The translations under genes were made by a program, and so were the position numbers. A model generated the notes under the pieces. The model saw only the letters and a program-made list of their open reading frames with translations, had not been told where the DNA came from and did not search any database. Positions 19,255-26,313 of a DNA stretch of 32,000 nucleotides are shown here, piece by piece. The DNA lies in the NCBI RefSeq assembly GCF_001598795.1, contig NZ_BCZP01000010.1, positions 1-32,000 on the forward strand, written 5' to 3'. Within the stretch, counting starts at the first letter, position 1; each line of letters opens with the position of its first letter. The DNA comes from Delftia acidovorans NBRC 14950. Lineage in GTDB: Bacteria; Pseudomonadota; Gammaproteobacteria; Burkholderiales; Burkholderiaceae_C.

Positions 19255-20629
19255 GCATCAAGGCTTCTATCTCATCGGGCTCAACGGGCACGCCGCGCGT
19301 GATCAGCTCGCAGCCCGTCTCGGTGACGATGGCATCGTCCTCGATGCGGATGCCGATGTTGTGGAATTGCTCGGGCACGCCGGGCGCAGGGCGTACGTAG
19401 ATGCCCGGCTCGATGGTGGTGCACATTCCCGGGCGCAGGATGCGGCTGGGGCGGTTGGTGATGGTCTCGCCCGACAGCGGGTCCTTGCGCTCGTGCGACT
19501 GGCCCAGCTCCGAGGGCTCCACATAGCTGCCGCAGTCGTGCACGTCCATGCCCAGCCAGTGGCCCGTGCGGTGCATGTAGAACTGGAAGAAGGCGCGCTG
19601 CTCGATCACGTCCTGGGCGTTGCCATAGACCTTTCTGTCCAGCAGGCCCAGGTCCAACATGCCCTGCGCCAGCACGGCCACGGTGGCGTCGTGCGGATCG
19701 TTGAAACGCGCACCGGCGCGCGTGGCCGCCACGGCGGCCTTCTGGCTTTCCAGCACCAGCTCGTAGAGCGCGCGCTGCGGGCCGGTGAAGCGGCCATCGG
19801 CGGGGAAGGTGCGCGTGATGTCGCTGGCGTAGCCGTCGAGCTCGCAGCCCGCGTCGATCAGCACCAGCTCACCCGCATGCACGGGCGCCTTGTCGGCCTG
19901 GTAGTGCAGCACGCAGGCGTTGGCGCCGGCCGCCACGATGGAGCCGTAGGCCACGTACTGCGAGCCCTGCTGGCGGAATTCATGCAGCAGTTCGGCGTCC
20001 AGGTGGTATTCGCGCACCTCCTGGCCTGCGCGCAGCATGCGTGCCGAGCGCTGCATGGCGCGGATATGGGCCTGGGCGCTGATGGCGGCGGCGCGGCGCA
20101 TGATGTCCTGCTCATGCGCGTCCTTGACCAGGCGCATCTCGTCCAGCAGCGTGCACAGGTCGCCCTGCTCGGCCGGGCACAGCGCGCCGAAGCGCACGCG
20201 CGCGCGCACCTGGCCCAGCCAGCCTTCCACGCGCACGGCCAGGCCTTCATGCGTGGCGAACGGATACCAGAGGCGGCCCCGGTTCTCCAGCAGGCGGGGC
20301 AGGCGCGTATCGATCTCGGCGCTGGAGAACGCCTGGCTCACGCCCAGCGTGGCCACGGCGGCCTCGGGGCCCAGGCGGATGCCGTCCCAGATTTCGCGCT
20401 CCAGGTCCTTGGGCTGGCAGAACAGCACGCTGGTGCCGTCCGCGGCCAGCACCAGGCAGGCATTGGGCTCGGCAAAGCCGGTCAGGTAGTAGAAGTAGCT
20501 GTCGTGGCGGTACAGGTAGCCGGTATCCCGGTTGCGCTGGCGCTCGGGAGCGGTGGGAATGATGGCGATGCCGCCAGCGCCCAACTGGGCGGCCAAGCGT
20601 GCGCGGCGTTGAGCGTAAACAGATGTCAT
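19247..20629 (-). CDS. pepP: Xaa-Pro aminopeptidase (aminopeptidase P, M24B)
   Basis: 460 aa from ATG 20629 (MTSVYAQRRARLAAQL...). 'YRHDSYFYYLTGF' in the N-domain. 'LIDAGCELDGYASDITRTFP', 'HRTGHWLGMDVHD' and 'TIEPGIY' M24 metal-ligand blocks. Confidence 0.93.
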   Translation of the reverse strand: MTSVYAQRRARLAAQLGAGGIAIIPTAPERQRNRDTGYLYRHDSYFYYLTGFAEPNACLVLAADGTSVLFCQPKDLEREIWDGIRLGPEAAVATLGVSQAFSSAEIDTRLPRLLENRGRLWYPFATHEGLAVRVEGWLGQVRARVRFGALCPAEQGDLCTLLDEMRLVKDAHEQDIMRRAAAISAQAHIRAMQRSARMLRAGQEVREYHLDAELLHEFRQQGSQYVAYGSIVAAGANACVLHYQADKAPVHAGELVLIDAGCELDGYASDITRTFPADGRFTGPQRALYELVLESQKAAVAATRAGARFNDPHDATVAVLAQGMLDLGLLDRKVYGNAQDVIEQRAFFQFYMHRTGHWLGMDVHDCGSYVEPSELGQSHERKDPLSGETITNRPSRILRPGMCTTIEPGIYVRPAPGVPEQFHNIGIRIEDDAIVTETGCELITRGVPVEPDEIEALMRD

Positions 20630-20729
20630 ACAGCTATCGTACTGCCGTCCGGGGTTCTCCACAGTCCCCTGAACAGGGGAACTTGGGGGTCGGACAGCAG
20701 GCGTCAGGCTGGATTCAGTGCAGGCGCCG

Positions 20730-21260
20730 TCACTGCCCCAGGGCGCGCCGGTTCCAGGGCGCCTTCATCAGAACGCGCGCCAATCCGCAAAAGCCCGTGG
20801 CACCGGCCACGATCAGGCCGCAGCCCACGAAGGCCGACAGCAGGTGCCACCACGGGGACACCGTGGCGCCAAGCACGGCGCCCAGCAGCGCCAGCCCGCC
20901 CGCACCCAGTTGCACCTGGCGCTGCAGCTCCAGCGGCTGGCGGCTGTCGCGCAGCACGGGCAGGCCTTGTGCCTTCCAGGCGTCCAGGCCGCCGTCGAGC
21001 ACATGGCCGGCACAGCCGGGCGGCAAGGCTGCCGCCAGGGCCTGGGCGTTGAGGCGCGTGCGGTGGCCGGAGCGGCAGTGAAAGACCACGGCGGCGGGCG
21101 CGCCGGCAAGGCCCCCCGCCGCCAGGCGGTCCATGGGCATGCTGCGGGCGCCGCCTATGCGTTCGCGCGCATGTTCGTCCGGCGCGCGGATGTCGATGAG
21201 CCAGGCGCCCTGCTCCTGCATCTGGCGGGCGGCTTGGGAGGAGACGGAGGAAAGAGACAT
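20730..21260 (-). CDS. Membrane-anchored rhodanese (YgaP-like: rhodanese domain plus DUF2892 two-TM tail)
   Basis: 176 aa with an AAGGAG RBS. Active-site loop 'FHCRSGHRT'. The C-terminal half has two hydrophobic helices ('LGAGGLALLGAVLGATV', 'LLSAFVGCGLIVAGATGFCGL'). Lies 27 nt downstream of the ArsR-type gene. Confidence 0.85.
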   Translation of the reverse strand: MSLSSVSSQAARQMQEQGAWLIDIRAPDEHARERIGGARSMPMDRLAAGGLAGAPAAVVFHCRSGHRTRLNAQALAAALPPGCAGHVLDGGLDAWKAQGLPVLRDSRQPLELQRQVQLGAGGLALLGAVLGATVSPWWHLLSAFVGCGLIVAGATGFCGLARVLMKAPWNRRALGQ

Positions 21261-21287
21261 GGATCAGCTCCTTGGGAACAGAGGATT

Positions 21288-21605
21288 TCAGGCGCAGAAG
21301 ATGGTCTTGAGCGTGGCCACCAGCTTTTGCACATCGGGATTGGCGATGCGGTAGTACAGCGTCTGCGACTCGCGGCGGTAGGCGACCAGACCCTCTTCGC
21401 GCATGCGGGCAAGGTGCTGGGACAGGGCCGACTGGCTCAGCGGGATCTGCTGCAGCAATTCGCCCACGGACAGCTCGCCATGCTCGATCAGCAGGCACAG
21501 CACCAGCAGGCGCCTCTCGTTGCCCACGGCGCGCAGCAGCGCGGCGGCACGTGCAGCGCCCTGCTGCAAAAAGGCCTGTTCGGGAGAGAGCGTCGGTTCG
21601 GTCAT
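21288..21605 (-). CDS. ArsR/SmtB-family transcriptional repressor, two-Cys BigR/YgaV/SqrR type
   Basis: 105 aa. wHTH 'LSVGELLQQIPLSQSALSQHLARMREEGLV'. Only two Cys residues: C37 ('LVLCLL') and C104 (C-terminal 'IFCA'), at the positions used by persulfide-sensing members of the family. Confidence 0.88.
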   Translation of the reverse strand: MTEPTLSPEQAFLQQGAARAAALLRAVGNERRLLVLCLLIEHGELSVGELLQQIPLSQSALSQHLARMREEGLVAYRRESQTLYYRIANPDVQKLVATLKTIFCA

Positions 21606-21690
21606 GGTTGATCAAGAACAATCTAATTTAGCAAATTCTAATATAATTACCAACAGGCTGCACATGAGCCATCGAACCAGGAGTGCCTCC
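21606..21690. promoter_or_regulatory. Divergent promoter/operator region (ArsR-type repressor to the left, MBL dioxygenase to the right)
   Basis: The only strongly AT-rich stretch in the window. TATAAT at 21642-21647. TCTAAT repeated at 21622-21627 and 21637-21642. Palindrome AATTT-AGC-AAATT at 21625-21637. AGGAG RBS at 21679-21683. Confidence 0.6.
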
Positions 21691-22587
21691 ATGACATCAC
21701 CGCTGCGCATTGCACCGTTCTTCGACGCCAACACCCACACCGTGACCTACCTGGCCTGGGACGCGGACACGGCCGAGGCCGCCGTCATCGACCCCGTGCT
21801 CGACTACGACCACGCCAGCGGCCAGGCCCACACCGGCTCGGCCGACGCCGTGCTGGACGCTGCGCAGGCCCAGGGCCTGCGAGTGCGCTGGATTCTGGAA
21901 ACACATGCCCATGCCGATCACCTCAGCGCAGCCCCGTACCTGCGCGAGCGCACGGGCGCACCGGTTGCCGTGGGCGAGCACATCCGCGAGGTGCAGCGCA
22001 TCTTCCGCCCCGTCTTCAACCTGCCCGCGTCCGGCGGCGACCAGCCCTTCGACCGGCTGCTGGCCGACGGCGACAGCCTGCCGCTGGGCGGGCTGCGCAT
22101 CGAGGTGATGCACACGCCCGGCCATACGCCGGCCTGCGTGTCCTACCGAGTCGCGGACGCGGTCTTCGTGGGCGATACGCTGTTCATGCCCGACTACGGC
22201 ACGGCGCGCGCCGACTTCCCCGGCGGCGACGCGCGCACGCTGTTCCGCTCCATCCAGCGCCTGCTGGCCCTGCCGCCCGCAACGCGATTGTTCATGTGCC
22301 ATGACTACAAGGCACCGGGCCGCGACCGCCATGCCTGGGAAACCACGGTGGATGCGCAACGCGCCGGCAATGTGCATGTGCACACGGGCGTGGACGAGGC
22401 CAGCTTCGTGGCCATGCGCAACCAGCGAGACGCCACGCTGTCCGCGCCCGCCCTGCTGCTGCCCGCCATCCAGGTCAACATGCACGCAGGCCATTGGCCT
22501 GCGGCCGAGGCCAATGGCGTGCACTACCTCAAAATCCCGCTGCGCATGAAGCACCGGCCCCGGGCAGCGGACGCAAAGCAGGCGTAG
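21691..22587 (+). CDS. MBL-fold metallo-hydrolase, persulfide dioxygenase (Blh/ETHE1-like)
   Basis: 298 aa from ATG 21691 (RBS 7 nt upstream; an alternative ATG lies at 21664). 'ETHAHADHLS' HxHxDH motif, 'HTPGHTP' and 'GDTLFMPDYGTARADFPGGD', as in BigR-associated Blh-type dioxygenases. Confidence 0.85.
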   Translation: MTSPLRIAPFFDANTHTVTYLAWDADTAEAAVIDPVLDYDHASGQAHTGSADAVLDAAQAQGLRVRWILETHAHADHLSAAPYLRERTGAPVAVGEHIREVQRIFRPVFNLPASGGDQPFDRLLADGDSLPLGGLRIEVMHTPGHTPACVSYRVADAVFVGDTLFMPDYGTARADFPGGDARTLFRSIQRLLALPPATRLFMCHDYKAPGRDRHAWETTVDAQRAGNVHVHTGVDEASFVAMRNQRDATLSAPALLLPAIQVNMHAGHWPAAEANGVHYLKIPLRMKHRPRAADAKQA

Positions 22588-22643
22588 AGTCGTCCGTTGC
22601 CTCTCCCACCCCTCTTGCGACACCCCAGGACAAAGGACCTTCC

Positions 22644-23054
22644 ATGATCCACAGCGCCCACGCCACCAGCACGGACACTCCCTATCGCGTCACGCTCGGC
22701 GACCCCCAAGGCCACCGCTGGCATGTGGACGAGCCTGCGGACAAGGGCGGCGGCGACACGGCGCCCAACCCGCTGCAGCTGCTGCTGTCGGCCCTGGGCG
22801 CCTGCACCACGGTCACGCTGCAGATGTACGCGGCGCGCAAGCAGTGGAAGCTGGAGCAGGTGGACGTGCAACTGCGCCTGAACCCCGAAGGCACGCCCGC
22901 CAGCGGCAACCTGATCGAACGCCAGATCACGCTGCAAGGCGAGCTGGACGACGAACAGCGCCAGCGCCTGCTGCAGGTGGCCGAGGCCTGCCCCGTGCAC
23001 AAGCTGCTGGCCGGCGAGGTGCACATCCAGACCGCGCTGCAGTTGCCGGCCTGA
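22644..23054 (+). CDS. OsmC/Ohr-family protein
   Basis: 136 aa from ATG 22644. 'NPLQLLLSALGACTTVTL' and 'VAEACPVHKLL' are the two conserved-Cys blocks of the OsmC family. Lies 56 nt after the dioxygenase on the same strand. Confidence 0.85.
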   Translation: MIHSAHATSTDTPYRVTLGDPQGHRWHVDEPADKGGGDTAPNPLQLLLSALGACTTVTLQMYAARKQWKLEQVDVQLRLNPEGTPASGNLIERQITLQGELDDEQRQRLLQVAEACPVHKLLAGEVHIQTALQLPA

Positions 23055-23075
23055 GCGCGGGCCAGGCCACCATGC

Positions 23076-23110
23076 AAAAAGCCCTGCAGCTGTCAGGCCG
23101 CAGGGCTTTT
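23076..23110. terminator. Bidirectional rho-independent terminator
   Basis: A5 (23076-23080), stem gccctgc (23081-23087) / gcagggc (23100-23106), then T4 (23107-23110). Sits between the convergent OsmC gene and the 98-aa gene. Confidence 0.8.
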
Positions 23111-23135
23111 GGAGTGGATGGGGACATGGCCGGCG

Positions 23136-23432
23136 TCAGGCTTGGCTGACCTCGATCTCCCCGGTATCGACATAGAGCTCGAACTCGCGCTTGGCCAGCG
23201 ACACGGTGATCGGCTGCTCGTCCTGGGTCCAGGACAGCACATAGCTTCCGATGGCCGTGGCCACCTGCACACGGGTGCCACGCGGAATGTCTTCCAGGGG
23301 GCCGTCGCCTACCCGGTGCTGCACATTGCCGGTGACCGTGGCTTCGAACTTCTCGGGGAATCGCTGGACTTCCACGGCGCTCTGGACCGCCTCTTCAGCG
23401 GCTTCGGCTTGCGTCTGTACGGATGTATTCAT
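23136..23432 (-). CDS. Hypothetical small acidic protein (98 aa), no family recognised
   Basis: ATG 23432 is preceded by AGGAG (ctcct at 23441-23445). MNTSVQTQAEAAEEAVQSAVEVQRFPEKFEATVTGNVQHRVGDGPLEDIPRGTRVQV... The composition is protein-like, unlike the Arg/Gly-rich upstream part of the 216-aa track ORF. Ends at a good terminator. Confidence 0.6.
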   Translation of the reverse strand: MNTSVQTQAEAAEEAVQSAVEVQRFPEKFEATVTGNVQHRVGDGPLEDIPRGTRVQVATAIGSYVLSWTQDEQPITVSLAKREFELYVDTGEIEVSQA

Positions 23433-23457
23433 GGCGTTTTCTCCTGTAAGAGTGAGG

Positions 23458-23486
23458 CCGGCGCCCGCCAAAATGGCGGGCGCCGG
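23458..23486. other. Perfect 12-bp GC hairpin in a divergent intergenic region
   Basis: ccggcgcccgcc (23458-23469), aaaat loop, ggcgggcgccgg (23475-23486). Lies 26 nt upstream of the 98-aa gene start, inside its presumed leader. Confidence 0.7.
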
Positions 23487-23623
23487 TCCGTTCTTCGAAT
23501 GTAAACAATGTTCCTGAGAACGCGCTGTCAGCGAACAGGCCCAATCGATGCGAGCCGCGTTTGCCTGCTGCGCCGCGCTGCACGACACTGGTGGCTTCCC
23601 CCACGAAACAGGCCGATCCGACC

Positions 23624-24577
23624 ATGTCCGACACGTCCCAGCCCCACTCCCAACCCCAGCACCTGCCCACCCGCACCGCCGATGTGGGCGGCATTCCCAT
23701 CCAGCGCGCCATTCCCCAGCGCGCCCTGCGCAAGGTCGGCGCCTGGTGCTTTCTCGACCACGCCGGTCCTGCCGACCCCGCGCCACCGGGCATGCAGGTC
23801 GGCCCGCATCCGCACATCGGCCTGCAGACCTTCACCTGGATGATCCGCGGCGAAGTGCTGCACCGCGACAGCCTGGGCCACACCCAGATCATCCGCCCCG
23901 GCCAGGTCAACCTGATGACGGCCGGCCACGGCATCGCCCATTCCGAGGAAAGCCAGACGCCCTCGCACATCCACGCCGCGCAGCTGTGGATTGCGCTGCC
24001 CGAGTCGCACCGCAACGGTCCGCCGCGCTTCCAGCACTACCCCGAGCTGCCCAGGACCACGGTGGGCGACTTCACGGCCACGGTGCTGGCCGGCGAAGCG
24101 CTGGGCCTGACATCGCCGGCCGAGGTGCACACGCCCCTGATGAGCGTGGACCTGCATGCGGACAGCGCGGGCAATGGCAATGCCGTCGCCACGCTGCCGC
24201 TGCGTGCCGATTTCGAGCATGCCGTGCTCAGCCTGGAAGGCAGCGTGAGCGTGAACGGCCAGCCCCTGCCGGTGGAGGAACTGCTCTACCTGCCCCTGGG
24301 CACGGCCTCGGTCGCCATCGAGACCACGCCCGGCAGCCGCCTGCTGGTCATTGGCGGCGAGCCCATGGATGAAGCCATCTTGCTGTGGTGGAACTTCGTG
24401 GCCCGCACCAGCGAAGAGATTGCCGAGGCCCGCGCGCAATGGGAAGCGGAGGCCGGTCAGGATGCGCAGGCCCTGCCCGCAGGTGTGGCACGCCGCTTCG
24501 GGCCGCCGCTGGCATCGCCACTGAAGCCGCTGCATGCGCCTTCGCTGGACGGCGTGGTGCTGCGCGCCTCGCGCTGA
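23624..24577 (+). CDS. Pirin-family protein (bicupin)
   Basis: 317 aa from ATG 23624. 'GPHPHIGLQTFTWMIRGEVLHRDSLG' and 'QVNLMTAGHGIAHSE' metal-binding cupin blocks. C-terminal cupin with 'LLWWNFV'. Confidence 0.9.
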   Translation: MSDTSQPHSQPQHLPTRTADVGGIPIQRAIPQRALRKVGAWCFLDHAGPADPAPPGMQVGPHPHIGLQTFTWMIRGEVLHRDSLGHTQIIRPGQVNLMTAGHGIAHSEESQTPSHIHAAQLWIALPESHRNGPPRFQHYPELPRTTVGDFTATVLAGEALGLTSPAEVHTPLMSVDLHADSAGNGNAVATLPLRADFEHAVLSLEGSVSVNGQPLPVEELLYLPLGTASVAIETTPGSRLLVIGGEPMDEAILLWWNFVARTSEEIAEARAQWEAEAGQDAQALPAGVARRFGPPLASPLKPLHAPSLDGVVLRASR

Positions 24578-24624
24578 ACGCGTTTGCTGCGGCGATCGAC
24601 CTGCAGCCATGGCACTGCCCAACC

Positions 24625-24660
24625 AAAAGGCGCCCCGAATGGGGCGCCTTGCCGTTTGTG
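24625..24660. terminator. Bidirectional rho-independent terminator (pirin / hpf)
   Basis: aaggcgcccc (24627-24636), gaat loop, ggggcgcctt (24641-24650). Flanked by A-rich sequence 5' and gccgtttgtgtt 3'. Confidence 0.8.
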
Positions 24661-24678
24661 TTGCGGGAATTTCGAGGG

Positions 24679-25059
24679 TCAGGCCGGGCTGGCCGCATCC
24701 ACCTCGGTGCCGTCTTCCACGCCGCGAACGCTCTCGCGGCCGTTCTTGTCCTTGAGCTTGCCCAGGTCGGTCTCCACGGCCCGCTTCAGCTTTTCAATGG
24801 CCGCGTTGAAGGCGTCCTTGACCTTTTCAGCCTCGGCGTTCACGGCGATCGGCGGGCGGCCATTGGCCCGGGTCTCCAGAACGCAGCGCTTGCCGGGAGC
24901 GCCGGAGGTCTTGAGCGCATCGACGCCGGTGAGGAAAACCTCCACGCGTACCACGTAGTCCTTGAATCTCGCCAGCTTGGCGTTGATCTCTTCCTGCGCC
25001 CATTGCGCCAAGGACTCGCCACCCTGGATCGAATCGTCGGCATGAACCTGAACTTGCAT
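24679..25059 (-). CDS. hpf: Ribosome hibernation-promoting factor / RaiA-family protein (short form with a charged C-terminal tail)
   Basis: 126 aa from ATG 25059 with an AGGAGG RBS. 'MQVQVHADDSIQGGESLAQWAQEEINAKLARFKDYVVRVEVFL' and '...AIEKLKRAV' match the HPF/YfiA fold pattern. Confidence 0.8.
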   Translation of the reverse strand: MQVQVHADDSIQGGESLAQWAQEEINAKLARFKDYVVRVEVFLTGVDALKTSGAPGKRCVLETRANGRPPIAVNAEAEKVKDAFNAAIEKLKRAVETDLGKLKDKNGRESVRGVEDGTEVDAASPA

Positions 25060-25431
25060 GCATATCCTCCTAGTCGCCAAAAGCCGCACCACCGGCGCGG
25101 CGGGGTTGTCGGGGCCATTGATGAACTGGCGAATCCATCGTAACGCCATGCGGGCTGCCTGCACAGCAAGTCGCACCCTGCGTCGTCAGGTTTTTCGCGC
25201 TGCAGCATCCGCAGCCCCAACCCCTGCCTACAGGCTACACCCGCGGGCGGGGCGCCTGCACGAATGGACGGAAAAAGCTTGAGATGCCTCAAGACAACTC
25301 TTGCATTCACCTACACCTATTTGCAGTGATGGCCCTGCGCCGGTCGCGGGCGTTCAACCCCTTCCTACAGGTCGCAGGCACGATTGGGCTTACAACGTGA
25401 CCATCAGGACTTTCCCCTTGCCCACCACCCC

Positions 25432-26313
25432 ATGAGCCCACTTGCCTCACGCCGCCTCAAGATCGGCCTTTCGGCCTGTTTCTCCCATGCGGACCCGCAG
25501 CGTCCGCTTTTCACGGGCAAGACGCTGCAGTACGTGGAGCAATCGATAGCGCACTGGATCATGTCGGCCGGCGCCATGGTGGTGATGGTGCCCTGCCCCA
25601 CAGGCGAGACCGCGCGCGGCGACGTGACGCTGGAACACTATGCCGAGTGGCTGGACGGCGTGGTCATGCACGGCGGCGCCGATGTCTGGCCCGGCAGCTA
25701 TGGCGAGGAACCCATGCGCCCCGAATGGCTGGGCGACCGCGTGCGCGACCTCTACGACCTGGCCGTGGTCGAGGCGTTTTCCCAGGCCGGCAAGCCCATC
25801 TTCGGTGTCTGCCGCGGTCTGCAGTTGATCAACGTGGCCTTCGGCGGAACGCTCTATCAGGACATCGAGACCCAGGTGCCCGGCTCGCAGCTGCACCGCA
25901 ATCCCACCGAGTACGACCGCCACTACCACGACATCGCCATCGTGCCCGGCAGCCGGCTGGAGGCGCTGTACCCCACGCTGGACCGCGCACGCGTGAACAG
26001 CATCCACCACCAGGGCATCAAGGACGTGGCGCCCGAGTTCGATGTGGAGGCCTGGAGCCTGCCCGACCGCATTCCCGAGGCCATCTTCCGCAAGCCCGGC
26101 ACGCTCAAGAGCTATATCGCCGCCACGCAGTGGCACCCCGAATTCCAGTTCCGCAACCCGGACACCAGCACGCTGGATGACAGCGTGCTGCTGCGCGACT
26201 TCCTGGCCGCCTGCTCACGCGCCCGCGTGAGCCCGGCCGTGAGCCACAGCCCGTTCCAGATCCGCAACCGCGCAGCACGCCTGTTGCGCCGCGCCTTGCT
26301 TCGCAGGCATTGA
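25432..26313 (+). CDS. Class-I glutamine amidotransferase-like hydrolase (peptidase C26, gamma-glutamyl-GABA hydrolase PuuD-like)
   Basis: 293 aa from ATG 25432 (the track ORF begins at an upstream TTG). 'GVVMHGGADVWP', nucleophile elbow 'FGVCRGLQLINVAFGG', 'NSIHHQG' and 'ATQWHPE'. Confidence 0.85.
   Translation: MSPLASRRLKIGLSACFSHADPQRPLFTGKTLQYVEQSIAHWIMSAGAMVVMVPCPTGETARGDVTLEHYAEWLDGVVMHGGADVWPGSYGEEPMRPEWLGDRVRDLYDLAVVEAFSQAGKPIFGVCRGLQLINVAFGGTLYQDIETQVPGSQLHRNPTEYDRHYHDIAIVPGSRLEALYPTLDRARVNSIHHQGIKDVAPEFDVEAWSLPDRIPEAIFRKPGTLKSYIAATQWHPEFQFRNPDTSTLDDSVLLRDFLAACSRARVSPAVSHSPFQIRNRAARLLRRALLRRH

Noticed and set aside
20655-20690. Small palindrome cccctg-aa-cagggg downstream of the rhodanese gene, considered as a terminator.
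   Set aside because: The stem is effectively 5 bp with a minimal loop, and there is no U tract on the minus strand. That is not convincing as an intrinsic terminator.
25160-25185. Possible sigma-54 promoter for hpf (minus strand reads GGGTGCGACTTGCTG).
   Set aside because: The GG-to-GC spacing is one nucleotide short of the -24/-12 consensus, and the -24 element is GGGTGC rather than TGGCAC.
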